From an uncultured Actinomycetes bacterium (GTDB lineage: Bacteria; Actinomycetota; Thermoleophilia; Gaiellales; Gaiellaceae), in NCBI GenBank assembly GCA_963724655.1, contig CAVRVG010000009.1, positions 46,555-110,554 on the forward strand: a stretch of 64,000 nucleotides of DNA. The letters are read 5' to 3'. Position 1 is the stretch's first letter, and every line of letters starts with the position of its first letter. A program made the position numbers and the translations under genes. This document shows positions 9,381-20,494 of the stretch, piece after piece. Below the pieces are notes generated by a model. The model did not search any database. It was not told the DNA's origin and was given only the letters and a program-made list of their open reading frames with translations.

Positions 9381-9399
9381 ATATCAGGTTGCCTGATAT
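9381..9399. promoter_or_regulatory. Palindromic operator ATATCAGG-TTG-CCTGATAT, probable MarR/HcaR-type binding site
   Basis: Perfect 8-3-8 AT-rich inverted repeat in a GC-rich background, 35 nt before the ech start; a MarR gene follows ech. Confidence 0.75.
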
Positions 9400-9434
9400 A
9401 AGTGGGGAAGGCACTCGACCGGGAGGACGGCACC

Positions 9435-10265
9435 GTGGGCTACGCGAACCGATGGACGACCGTGAACGTCGAGGTCGATGAGGGCATCGCCTGGGTTGAG
9501 CTGAACCGACCCGAGAAGCGCAATGCCATGAGCCCCACGCTCAATGTGGAGATGATCGACATCCTCGAGACGCTCGACGCCGACGACGATTGCGGCGTCC
9601 TCGTGCTCACCGGTGCCGGCGAATCGTGGTCGGCCGGAATGGATCTCAAGGAGTATTTCCGGGAGGTCGACGGCGGCCCGGAGCATGTGCAGCGCAGGGT
9701 ACGGCGCGACGCCGCGATGTGGCAGTGGCGCATGCTTCGGACCTATGCGAAGCCGACGATTGCGATGGTCAACGGTTGGTGCTTCGGCGGTGCGTTCACT
9801 CCCCTGGTCGCGTGTGACCTTGCGATCGCCGCCGACGAGGCGACCTTCGGCCTGTCGGAGATCAACTGGGGCATTCCGCCGGGAAGCGTTGTCAGCAAGG
9901 CACTCGCAGACAGCGTAGGCACCCGGGCCGGTCTGCTCTACGTGATGACCGGCCGGACCTTCAGCGGTACGCAGGCGGCCGAGATGGGTCTTGTGAACTC
10001 GAGCGTCCCACTCGCGCAGCTCCGAGCCGAGGTCGAGCAGCTGGCCCGCGAGCTTCTCGACAAGAATCCTGTGGTGCTCAGGGCGGCGAAGCTCGGCTAC
10101 AAGCATTGCGCGGAGATGAGCTGGGACCAGGCCGAGGACTATCTCTACGCGAAGCTGGAGCAGTCGCAGTACCTCGACACCGAGAATGGTCGCGAGCAGG
10201 GTCTTGGGCAGTTTCTCGACGAGAAGCGAATCAAGCCAGGCCTCCAGACCTACCAACGGTCGTAG
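9435..10265 (+). CDS. ech: p-Hydroxycinnamoyl-CoA hydratase/lyase (feruloyl-CoA hydratase-lyase)
   Basis: LNRPEKRNAMSPTLN, AGMDLKEYFRE, WQW, KPTIAMVNGWCFGG, FGLSEINWGIPPG, EDYLYAKL, IKPGL; HCHL catalytic Glu and both Tyr positions appear retained. GTG at 9435 follows GGAGG. Confidence 0.93.
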   Translation: MGYANRWTTVNVEVDEGIAWVELNRPEKRNAMSPTLNVEMIDILETLDADDDCGVLVLTGAGESWSAGMDLKEYFREVDGGPEHVQRRVRRDAAMWQWRMLRTYAKPTIAMVNGWCFGGAFTPLVACDLAIAADEATFGLSEINWGIPPGSVVSKALADSVGTRAGLLYVMTGRTFSGTQAAEMGLVNSSVPLAQLRAEVEQLARELLDKNPVVLRAAKLGYKHCAEMSWDQAEDYLYAKLEQSQYLDTENGREQGLGQFLDEKRIKPGLQTYQRS

Positions 10266-10284
10266 CCTCTAGCATCTCGGGCCT

Positions 10285-10728
10285 ATGACCGAGCCGCGGC
10301 TGAGCTACGTCATCGGCCGTCTCGACCGGGTGTTGCGGCGCCGTCTCTCGGCAGGGCTCGAGCCGACGGGCCTGACGCTGCCCGCGTACACCGCACTGTC
10401 CGTGCTGCGGGCGCGCGATGGCCTTTCAAACGCGCAGCTCGCCCGCCGCTCGCTCGTCACGCCGCAATCCATGAGCGAGGTGCTCAAGCTGCTCGTCGAC
10501 CGCGGCTACGTTCACCGCCGCGCCGAACCGGGTCACGGGCGGGTCATCCGCATCGAGATCACAAGCACCGGCGTACAGGCGCTCGAACGCTGCGACCGCG
10601 CCGTCGACGACATCGAGAGAGAAATGCTCACCGACCTCGGGACGGACGAGACGGCGTACCTCCGGGAGGTTCTCCTCCGGTGCGGACGGGCACTCCAGCA
10701 GGAGCCCGTCGAGCACCTTCCCGGCTGA
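10285..10728 (+). CDS. MarR-family transcriptional regulator, HcaR-like
   Basis: PRLSYVIGRLDR, LTLPAYTALSVL, LSNAQLARRSLVTPQSM, winged-helix HGR.I...IT..G. Confidence 0.88.
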   Translation: MTEPRLSYVIGRLDRVLRRRLSAGLEPTGLTLPAYTALSVLRARDGLSNAQLARRSLVTPQSMSEVLKLLVDRGYVHRRAEPGHGRVIRIEITSTGVQALERCDRAVDDIEREMLTDLGTDETAYLREVLLRCGRALQQEPVEHLPG

Positions 10729-10803
10729 ACGTAACAGCCCGCCGCGCCGAGAACGCGCGGTTGCCATTGAACCGATACCTACCCGCGCTGCGAACAACGG
10801 CGG

Positions 10804-11541
10804 ATGGCTCGTTCAGGTTCCGTTACTCTCGCGATCGCGCTGCCCTACACGGTTGGAGGGCTCTTCGTCGAGGGACGGGCCGGGTTCGCCGGGCAGCTCG
10901 CGCTCGGGCTGCTGACAGCAGTCGTGTTGGGAGGCTTGCTCGCACTTCACCCTCGAGCCGTCAGGATCCAAACGCTCGCGCTCGTCGTCGTTGCGACGGT
11001 CGGGGAGATCATGGGCTCGCTCGTCTGGGGCCTCTACTCCTACCGCCTCGACAACCTCCCGGCATTCGTCCCGCCCGGCCATGGGCTCGTCTTCCTCTGC
11101 GGGGTGTCGATCGCAGCACTCACCAAGCGGCATCAGAACGTGCTCCTCGGCGCCGCCGTGGTCGGAGCAGCGGGCTGGGGCATCGCGGGGCTCACCGTGC
11201 TCCCGGCTCGGGATACCGCCGGGGCTCTCGGCTGCGCCGCGCTACTCGCCGTCTTGCTCTGGACACGGCGACCGGTCTACGCGGGTGTGTTCCTGGTCGT
11301 GATGGCGCTCGAGCTCTACGGAACCGCAATCGGGACGTGGCGCTGGGAAAGCTCTGTCCCCGGTCTCGGGCTCGCGCAGGGGAACCCGCCGAGCGGCGTC
11401 GCGAGCGGTTACGTGGTCTTCGACGTCGTGGCGCTCTGGCTCGCCGTCAAGTCGACGCGCTGGGCACGGCGGGTTGCACCTGTCCGCCTACGACCGCGCG
11501 GCACCGCCGTCGTGCCGGCCACCGACGCCTCACGGACGTGA
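10804..11541 (+). CDS. Uncharacterised multi-pass membrane protein (start uncertain)
   Basis: About 7 hydrophobic segments with conserved-looking loops YRLDNLPAFVPPGHG and GNPPSG; fills the gap between marR and uvrB. Confidence 0.65.
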   Translation: MARSGSVTLAIALPYTVGGLFVEGRAGFAGQLALGLLTAVVLGGLLALHPRAVRIQTLALVVVATVGEIMGSLVWGLYSYRLDNLPAFVPPGHGLVFLCGVSIAALTKRHQNVLLGAAVVGAAGWGIAGLTVLPARDTAGALGCAALLAVLLWTRRPVYAGVFLVVMALELYGTAIGTWRWESSVPGLGLAQGNPPSGVASGYVVFDVVALWLAVKSTRWARRVAPVRLRPRGTAVVPATDASRT

Positions 11542-13578
11542 CGCCTTCTTCGTGAGCTCGCGGCGCGTCGAGCGCAGGTCGGCCTCGGCGAACGCGCTCA
11601 GCTCGCGACGGAGATCCTTGAGCTCGTCGCGCAGCTTGGCCGCGTACTCGAATCGAAGCTCCTCGGCTGCGGCGAACATCTCTTCCTCGAGAGTGATGAT
11701 GAGCTTCTCGACGTCCTCCTGGGTCATCCCTTCGACCTCTTGCTTACCGCGTCGACGCCGGCCGGGAACGGTGGGCGAATCGAGCACGAGCAGTTGGCCG
11801 ATATCCGAGACGCCCTTGCTGATCGACGTCGGGGTGATGTCGTGCTCCTCGTTGTACGCGAGCTGGACCGCGCGACGCCTCTCGGTCTCCTCCATGGCGC
11901 CCTGGATGGCCTCGGTCACCTTGTCGGCATAGAGAAGCACCCTGCCGTTCGAGTGGCGGGCGGCACGGCCGATCGTCTGGATGAGAGCGGTCTTCCCTCG
12001 CAGGAAACCCTCCTTGTCGGCGTCCAGGACGACGACCAGGGAGACCTCGGGTAGGTCGAGGCCCTCACGGAGGAGGTTGACGCCGACCAGGACGTCGTAG
12101 TCGCCGAGACGCAGCTCGCGGATGATCTGGATCCGCTCGAGGGTGTCGATCTCCGAGTGGAGGTAGCGCGCCTTGACTCCGGCCTCGACGAGATAGTCCG
12201 TGAGATCCTCCGACATCTTCTTCGTGAGCGTCGTCACGAGCACGCGCTCGCCGACCTCCTCGCGACGGCGGATCTCGGAGAGGAGATCATCGATCTGGTT
12301 GCGGGTCGCGCGGAGCTCGACCTCCGGGTCGATGATCCCGGTCGGGCGGATCAGCTGCTCCGAGATCACGGTCGACTGACGGAGCTCGTACGACCCAGGC
12401 GTGGCCGAGACAAACACCATCTGCCCGACCTTCCCGAGAAACTCGTCGAAGCGCAGCGGCCGGTTGTCGAGCGCCGAGGGCAACCGGAAGCCGTAGTCGA
12501 TGAGCGTCTGCTTGCGCGAACGGTCACCCTCGTACATCCCGCCGATCTGAGGCACCGTCTGATGTGACTCGTCGATGAAGCACACGAAGTCGTCGGGGAA
12601 GTAGTCGATCAAGGTGAAGGGATGGGTGCCCGGGGCGCGGCCTTCGAGCACGCGCGAGTAGTTCTCGATGCCCGAGCAGAACCCGAGCTCGCGCATCAGC
12701 TCCATGTCGTACTCCGTGCGCTGGCGAATCCGGTGCGCCTCCAGCATCCTTCCCTGCTCCTCGAACGACTTCACCTGCGTCTCGAGCTCGGCGCGGATGT
12801 CGGCGATCGCACGGTCGACCGTGGGCTTCGAGGTCACGTACTCGGTGGCCGGCCAGATGGCGATGTTGTCGAGCTTTGCGAAGACCTCGCCCGTCAGCGG
12901 ATCGAAATGGGACACCTGCTCGACCTCGTCGCCGAAGAACGAGATGCGATACGCGGTCTCGCTATTCGCGGGTTGAATCTCGAGGACATCGCCCTTGACC
13001 CTGAAGCGCCCGCGGGCAAGCACCGTGTCGTTGCGGACGTACGCGCTCTCGATCAGCTTGGCGAGCACTGCGTCGCGATCCTGCTCCTCCCCCACCTCGA
13101 GATACAGCAGGCGATCGCGCCACTCCTCGGGTGACCCGAGCCCGTAGATGCACGAGACCGACGCGACGACGACCACGTCACGCCGGGTCAGCAGCGAGCT
13201 GGTTGCACCAAGCCGCAGCCGCGCGATGTCGTCGTTCTGCGAAGAGTCCTTCTCGATGTAGAGATCGGCCTGCGGAACGTACGCCTCCGGCTGGTAGTAG
13301 TCGTAGTACGACACGAAGTACTCGACCGCGTTCGACGGAAAGAACTCGCGAAACTCGTTGCAGAGCTGCGCCGCCAGGGTCTTGTTGTGCGCGATCACGA
13401 GCGCGGGCCGCTGGAGCTGCTCGATCACCCAGGCCATCGTCGCGGTCTTGCCCGTCCCGGTGGCACCGAGGAGGGTTTGCGCCCGATTCCCCTCCCGCAG
13501 CGACGCCGAAAGCTCGGCGATGGCTCGCGGCTGGTCGCCCAGCGGGCGGTAGTCGGCGGTGACCCGAAGCGGTGGCAC
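11530..13578 (-). CDS. uvrB: Excinuclease ABC subunit B
   Basis: [66 protein letters not shown]-terminal UVR domain. Confidence 0.98.
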   Translation of the reverse strand: MPPLRVTADYRPLGDQPRAIAELSASLREGNRAQTLLGATGTGKTATMAWVIEQLQRPALVIAHNKTLAAQLCNEFREFFPSNAVEYFVSYYDYYQPEAYVPQADLYIEKDSSQNDDIARLRLGATSSLLTRRDVVVVASVSCIYGLGSPEEWRDRLLYLEVGEEQDRDAVLAKLIESAYVRNDTVLARGRFRVKGDVLEIQPANSETAYRISFFGDEVEQVSHFDPLTGEVFAKLDNIAIWPATEYVTSKPTVDRAIADIRAELETQVKSFEEQGRMLEAHRIRQRTEYDMELMRELGFCSGIENYSRVLEGRAPGTHPFTLIDYFPDDFVCFIDESHQTVPQIGGMYEGDRSRKQTLIDYGFRLPSALDNRPLRFDEFLGKVGQMVFVSATPGSYELRQSTVISEQLIRPTGIIDPEVELRATRNQIDDLLSEIRRREEVGERVLVTTLTKKMSEDLTDYLVEAGVKARYLHSEIDTLERIQIIRELRLGDYDVLVGVNLLREGLDLPEVSLVVVLDADKEGFLRGKTALIQTIGRAARHSNGRVLLYADKVTEAIQGAMEETERRRAVQLAYNEEHDITPTSISKGVSDIGQLLVLDSPTVPGRRRRGKQEVEGMTQEDVEKLIITLEEEMFAAAEELRFEYAAKLRDELKDLRRELSAFAEADLRSTRRELTKKASRP

Positions 13579-13596
13579 CCCGCAAATCTACCGTAG

Positions 13597-13610
13597 CGAA
13601 CGTGTGTTCC
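13597..13610. promoter_or_regulatory. LexA (SOS/Cheo) box CGAAC-GTGT-GTTCC upstream of uvrB
   Basis: Matches the Gram-positive/actinobacterial GAAC-N4-GTTC consensus and lies just upstream of a minus-strand -10 (TAGATT, 13590-13585) for uvrB. Confidence 0.82.
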
Positions 13611-13641
13611 GTCGACCGGTCGGGGCGCTAGCCGTCGGAGG

Positions 13642-15564
13642 TCAGGCAGGCCCGAGGTTGATCTCTGCCGGGAGCTCCTCCCGCCGGTCGACCGGCTCGA
13701 GCTCGAGCCTCGCTCTCGCGTCGAAGTAGACGTACGACGTGACGAGCGCGACGAACGGCATCGAGAGCGCGTAGACGCAGCCCGCGACGATGTTCAGGAA
13801 CGCGAGCGGCGCATTGGTGACGAAGATCAGGAGGACCCCGAGAAGCGGGCCCGTCGACGATCGCGACGGCGGCACCGAGTCCGACCAGTGCAGCCGACGC
13901 GCAGCCAGCGCGAGCGCACGAGCTGCGCACTACGACGGAGCGCAGTTGCCCTCGACAGCCCCTCGAGCTCGACGACGGGAGCGAGCAGGCACCAGCGGAC
14001 CGCGAGCCAGATCGCAACGGGAATGAGCACGGCGGTCAGGGTGAGCACGGTCCAGACCAGCACGAAGAGCGCAATCGCCCCGAGTAACGGCCGGAGCCTC
14101 CTGGCGGCCAGTCGGTACGCCTCGACCGGCCCGACCTGCCGTCCTGCGTCGATCTCGACGAGGGCGCAGGCGGTCGCGGCCTGAACGAGACCGAGCCCCA
14201 GCAGGGTGAGGGTCGCCCCGATCACGACCGCGACGAACGCGAAGGCGCCCGCCGCCGACCCTGTCACCGATCCGACGAGGTCGAACATGGTGAACAAGAC
14301 CCATTGCAGGAGCGTCGTCACGAATGCGAACGGGATCAGCACGAGGCCGATTCCGAGGAAGAGACGCGCGCGCTTGACGTACATCCGGGCAGAGCCCGAG
14401 AGGATCTGGCCCGCCGTTCGGCGTCTACCGACACGCGTCGGAGCGACCGGCGTCCAGGTCATGCGAACCGTGATCCACACGAACAGCCCTACGACGAGAC
14501 CGAGCAGGATCAGGGTCAAGACCGGGCTCCTGATCAGGTGAGTGAGGCCCTTGGAGCCCGCGGCAACCCCGGTGCAGAAGAGGTCGGTCGCGCTCGTGCC
14601 GAACACGCCGCCCGTCGGGACGGCGTAGCTCCGGTCGCGCCAGTCCTCGTGGGCCCAGGCGATCGGCTCGGTCCACTGCCCCTTCAGGTTCGGCCCCGTC
14701 GGCCCGTTGTAGAACGCCGGCTGCAGCTCACCCCAACGGCCGAGGAACGAAATCCAGGGATACGCCGCCTTCGCCGCCGCGGGATCGCTCGGGATCGTCT
14801 TCACGACGGGTCGCAGCTCGTTGTGCGGGCTCCGGGTGTCGTCGCACCCGACGCCCGGCCTCGGCGGAGCTCCCGAGGTACAGCGCCGCAGTGAACTTGT
14901 TGGCATGGGAGCCTGCTGCCGGATACACGACCGGATGGGTGCCGTCGACGATCTCGACCTTGTCGCCACCCCACTCGGCACGCTCGGCGCCCTCGTGTGA
15001 GCTGTAGCCCACCTCGAAGGGCCCCGTGCGTCAGCGCCTCGGCGGCAGTGCTGGCGTGGAAGTTGAGCTGGATCATCTCCCAGTCGCCCTCGTGCGTGTT
15101 GTTGAAGTCGTTGAAGACGTAGAAGAACCAGTACTGGAGCGAGAGCTCACCGGGGTAGCCCGGATCGGTCGCGACGTGCGCGTACACCGTCGGCTTCGAC
15201 CGACCCTTGATGTGTCGGAACCACTTCTCGTAGTCGCACCCGGGATCGAGCGCGTTCCCCGGGTAATCGAGGTGGTACTCGAACCGGTTGACGAGATCGA
15301 GGGCGACCGGTGCGATCTTGACCAGGTCGGTTGCGCTCCACGGGCCACGCAGCGCAACCGTCGGCTCGTTCAGGACGACGTCGACGTCGGCCGGAAGATA
15401 GGGCTCACCGGGGCCGCACTCCTCGGTCTGCTCGACGAGCCGCACGACGGGTGCGTGCTTCTCGGCGAGTGCGGTCTCGTCCGCGCGGTCTGCGAGGGCC
15501 GCGGGCGCGAGGATGCACGCGAGCGCCGCGACGGCGGCAGAGAGAGAATGAGTCGTCGTCGCAT
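13642..15564 (-). CDS. Exported-domain plus multi-TM hypothetical protein with a Vps62/NPP1-like HEGDWE motif; several frameshifts, start uncertain
   Basis: Joined from ORFs 14801..15994 (signal peptide, LAEKHAPVV, LQYWFFYVFNDFNNTHEGDWE), 14728..15012 (HPVVYPAAGSHAN), 13827..14981 (GRWG..GPTGP then TM helices) and 13642..13875. Confidence 0.6.
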
Positions 15565-15632
15565 CGGCTGAAGTGGCAGCGGTCGGTCCGCAGCGCAAGT
15601 GTCTCATCGGGCGACCTCGGATGCGAATCATC

Positions 15633-17203
15633 TCAGAACGACCAGAAGATCGGAACGAGAACCGACGGCAACCACGCCGAAGAGACAGAGCAGCGGGAGG
15701 CCGAGCTTCCAGTAGTCGCCGAACCGGTACCCACCCGGCCCCATCACCATGAGGTTCGCCGGCGTGGCCACGGGGGTGAGGAACGATGCGGCCGCGGCGA
15801 CCGTTACCGCCATCAGCACCGGCTTGGCGGACACATCCGATCTCGCCAGCCGCCGAGATCGCTATCGGGATCACGATCAGCGCCGTCGCCATGTTGCTGA
15901 TCAGCTGGCCGAGGACGAACGTGAGGAGGACGACGCCCAGGACGAGCAGCGTGCGGACCGAGGTCCCCGACGACGTCGACCAGCGCCTCCGCAAGTTGCT
16001 CCGCCGCGCCGCTCGAGACCATTGCCGTCGACAGCGACATCATCCCGCCGACGAGGATCACCGTCGTCCACGAGATGCCCGGTACGCCTGGTCCGATCGT
16101 GAGCACGCCGAGCAGCACGATCGCGCCAGCAGCGAGCAGGCCGGCGACGGCGGGCGGCACCGCGCCGGTGGCGAGCAACGCGACCATCCCGATCAGCACC
16201 GCGATCGTCTGCTTCGCGCCAGGCCCGAGCGGCACGGCCTGCCGCCGAACGACGTCCGGCTCGTCGACGACGAGGACGTCAGGATCGCCGAGGTGCTCCT
16301 CGAACGCACCCCAGCTGCCCTGCAGTAGAAGGGTATCGCCGACGAGGAGCGTACGTCTCGCCGGGAGCATCCTCGCCCTGCGCTGGACTGCGAGCACGAC
16401 GAGGTCGCCGCTCTCCGTGACCATCCCGGGGAACACCGTCTCGCCGATGAGGCCCGAACGCGGCGGGATCAAGACCTCAGCGACGCCCGAGCGTACGCGT
16501 GAGCAGCGTGTCCGGCTCCTCTGACAGCGTGTACTGCTCGACGAGCGTCCGCGCGTGGTTGCTGAAGTCCGTGGGAATCACGCGAGGGTTGCGGTACGGG
16601 AGCAGGCGCTCGCCGAACAGCACGATGATCGCGATCGTTCCGACCAGGAGCGGGAGCGCCGACGAGCGCGAACTCGAAGAAGCCGATCTGCCCCGACGCC
16701 CGGCCTCGTCGGCGGCGTCGGAGACGATGACGTTCACGGGGGTGCCGGTCAGCGCGAGCAGCGAGCCGGCGTGAGCGCCGAAGGCGAGCGGCATCAGGAG
16801 CTGAGACGGCGAGCGACCGAGTCGGACCGCGAGCACGACCACGACCGGGACGAGCGCCGCGACGGAGCCGTTCACGGAGATGAGCGCCGTCAGGAAGGCG
16901 ACGAGCAGCAGCATGAGGACGAGCAGCCGGGTCCGGCTCTCGCCGGCGCGGGCGATCAGCTCCTGCCCGGCCCACGTCGTCACCCCCGAGGCGTCGAGGC
17001 CCTCGCTGACGACGAACAGCGAGGCGATGAAGAGCACGGTTGGATCACCGAAGCCGGCAAGCGACTGCTCGTAGGCCGAGGACGCCGGTCGCCCAGAGCG
17101 TGAGCGCCACGCCGACCGCGACGATCGCAACCGGGATCCGATCCCAGATGAAGACACCGACCGTCGCGGCGAGGACGAGGAAGGTGATCGTGGTGTTACT
17201 CAT
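15633..17203 (-). CDS. SLC13/DASS-family permease with a TrkA-C domain; several frameshifts
   Basis: GFGDPTVLFIASLFVV, SQLLMPLAFGAHAGSLLALTGTPVN, ISNMATA, ASFLTPVATPANLMVMGPGGYRFGDYWKLG. Confidence 0.8.
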
Positions 17204-17296
17204 GCGTCACCCACGAGGATCCGGACGCGATGACCGTACGGCGACGTCTTTGCAAATCCATCGTCGCGGTGACGAAGCCCTATTGGACGGCGCGCT

Positions 17297-18970
17297 CTAG
17301 AGGTGCACCGAGGAGCCCGGACCGAGCGGGATCCCGAGCAGGTACCAGCCGATGAAGAACAGCGTCCACACGACGCGTCAGAACGAGCGACGAACGGGAG
17401 CATCATCGAGACGACGGTGCCGATGCCGGCGTCCTTCTTGTAGCGCTGCGCGAAGATGACGATCAGCGGGAAGTAGGCCATCAGCGGCGTGATCACGTTC
17501 GACGGCGAGTCGCCGACACGGTACGCAGCGAGCACGGTCTGCGGCGCGACGTCGAGGCGCAGGAAGAGCGGGATGAAGATCGGGGCGAGGATCGCCCACT
17601 TGGCGATCGCCGCCGGCATGATGAAGTTGACGAGCGCGGTGACGAAGACGAACCCGATCAGCAGCCACAGCGCGCCGATGTTCGCGGACTCCAGCCAGTC
17701 GCCGAGCTTCACCGCGGCGACCTGCGCCATGTTCGAGTAGTTGAAGTACGCGATGAACTGCGCGATGAGCAGGAACAGGAACAGCAGCGCCGCCAGGCCG
17801 GCCCACGACTTCGTGATCGACGCGAGCACCTGATCGCTCGTGGTGCATCGTCCCGGCGCCGCGCCCGAAGGCGAGGCCCGCAGCGAAGAAGATCAGCGTG
17901 ATGATCACGATCAGGCTGTCCATGAACGGCGAGTCTGCCGATGATGTCACCCGTGACGGGGTCGCGCAGCGGCGCGTGGGAGCACCGTGAGCAGGGTGAT
18001 CACGACCGATCACCGCCGCGGTGCGATGAGCGCGTAGCGAGGCCCTTCGCCTCGGCCTCCGGCGACACCTCAGGCGCCTTGTCGGCGTCGAGCGACGCGT
18101 CGTCGCTCTCGAGCGACGGGTCGTGCGTGCCGAGGCTCTTCTCGACGATCCGCGTGGAGACGAACGCGATGACGATCGTGAGGAAGATCGTCGAGGCGAT
18201 CCCGAAGTACAGGTTGGCGGCCAGGTCGATCGAGCGGTTCGGATCGACGAGGGCGATCGAGTCGTTCGTGATCTCGGTCAGGACACCGTCGAGCGGGCGT
18301 GATCAGGAAGTTGACTCCGAAGCCGGCAGCGACGCCGGCAAAGGCGGCTGCCATCCCGGCGAGCGGGTTGCGACCGACGCTCTTGAACGCAGCTGCGCCC
18401 AGGGGTATCAGCACGAGATACCCGGCATCGGAGGCGACGCTCGAGAGGATGCCGATGAAGACGATGATCGGCGTGAGTAACGCTTCGGACGACTTGGCGA
18501 CGAGCTTCCGGATCAGCGCCCCGATCAGGCCTGACGCCTCGGCGAGGCCGACGCCGATCATCACGACGAGGATGATCGCGACCGCGGCGAAGTTGCGGAA
18601 GTTCGCGACGAACGAGGTGAAGATGAAGCGGATCCCGTCGGCCGACAGCAGGCTCTGGATGGCTGCGGTCTCCGTGACGATCTCGTACTCGCCCTCCTGG
18701 ACCGACGCGTCCGGAAGACCGCCGGACGGTTGCGTCGAGCCGCCCTGGACGACCTCTTCGACGGCGATCGGCGGCGGCTTCGGCGACCTCGTAGGTGACT
18801 TGATATCGACCCAGGCGAGCAACGACCGAGAGGACGATCACGCCCACGCAGAGCCAGATGAACAGGATCGCCGGGTTCGGCATCTTGTTGCCGCCGCGCT
18901 CGATCGCCCCGAGGATCCGCACCATCAGCCCAGTGGGGCTCGGCCGGAGTCGCCGACGGGGCAGGTTCAT
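17297..18970 (-). CDS. AbgT-family transporter; several frameshifts
   Basis: IERGGNKMPNPAILF, GVGLAEASG, VASDAGYLVLIPLGA, GRNPLAG, AKWAILAPIFIP, AAYRVGDS.SNVITPL. ATG at 18970 follows AGGAGA. Confidence 0.85.
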
Positions 18971-20356
18971 GAGCTCGCTGTCTCCTGACGTTGTCGTAGT
19001 CGCCTCCGCGAAGTGGCGGAAGAACTCCGCCTCGACGAGCACGGCCTTCTCGAACTCGTCGACGAGGACGCGCTCGTTGGGCGCATGGATGTTCGCGAAG
19101 CCGTCGGTCGTGCCGAGCAACAGGATCTCCGCGTCGGGGACCGCCTCCGACAGGGCGCTGACGAGCGGAATGGAGCCACCGGTGGCGATGCTCACCGCCT
19201 CGGTCCCCCAGGCCGACGTAAACGCTTTCCTTGCGGCCGTGTAGGCCGGTCCGGATGTCTTGGCGGCAAACCCCGGGCCTGTCTCGGCCGCCTCGACCTC
19301 GAGAGTGATCCCGAACGGTCGAAGCGACTCGAGATGCTTGATCAGCGCCGCCTGCCCCTCCTGCGGATCCTGCTCGGGGTGAAAGCGGGCACTGATCTTC
19401 GCGCGCGCGTGCGGGACGACCGCGTTCAACGCGTGCTCGACCGAGAGAACGTCGATCCCGGTCACCGTAAGCGCAGGGCCGGACCAGACGCGCTCGCCGA
19501 GGCCGCCGGTGCCGAGGAAGGGAAGTCCGGGCTTGATCTCCGCGAGGTCACGGAACTCGTCGTCGCTGTACGAGGCACCGGTCCACTCCTCACGGAGCAG
19601 CCCAGGGACGGCGACATCCCCGTTGTCGTCGTGCAGCGTCGCAAGTGCGCGAATCAGTGCCAGCAGCGCGTCGGGTGCTGCGCCACCGAACTGACCGCTG
19701 TGCTTTGGCCCGGCCAGCGTCGTCGCGGAGACGATCACGGCGGCCATACCGCGAAGGCTGAGGGTCAGGGTCGGCGTTCCGGGGCGAACGCTGCCCATGT
19801 CGCCGATGATCATCGCGTCAGACTCGAACAGCTCGGGCTGCGACGGCGGGTACAGGGTGAGCGCGCTGCCGACCTCCTCCTGACCCTCGATCACGATCTT
19901 GATTCCCACAGGCGGCTTGCCGCCCCAGGCGCGAAGCGCGCCGACGTGCACCAGGATGTTCGACTTGGTATCGGCCGAGCCACGCCCGAAGATCGCGCCG
20001 TCTCGCTTGACCGCCTCGAACGGCGGCGATTCCCACTTCGACTCGTCGCCCGCCCCGACGACGTCGTAGTGCGAGTAGAGGAGCACCGTCGGGGCACCCG
20101 GGGGCGCCGGAATCTCACCGAGGATGATTGGCGCCGTCTCAGGAAGGTCGAGCGCTCGAAGCTGCTCGACGCCTGCCTCCCTGAGCAGCTCCACCACCGC
20201 GTCGTATGCCTCGAGGAGCGCAGGTCTCGTCGACTCCGGGAAGCCGGCTGCAGACACCGACGGAATCGCGACCAGCGCGGCGAGCTCGGCTTCCAGCTCT
20301 GGCATCAGCGCGGAAACCGTCTTGGCGAGCACGTCAGCGACGACCGGTTCGGGCAA
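18967..20356 (-). CDS. M20/M25/M40-family metallo-dipeptidase (3' end read through into abgT in this assembly)
   Basis: VLLYSHYDV, GRGSADTK, IEGQEE, HSGQFGGAAPDA, GGSIP, HAPNE. Confidence 0.9.
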
Positions 20357-20494
20357 AAGAACTCCAGATAGACGGCTGGTTCCGGGTGACGCGTCGCCAC
20401 ACGCCCCACGCAGGCCCGGCGATTCTCGCGGAGGTCGGCAGTGATGTCAAGACGACCTCGAGTACTTCCGGCCGTCGCCGCTACGTGGCAGGGT

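Noticed and set aside
18278-20356. Apparent M20 peptidase-AbgT fusion ORF (692 aa)
   Set aside because: An AGGAGA RBS and an ATGA start/stop overlap at 18970-18967 indicate two coupled genes, and the region is indel-rich.
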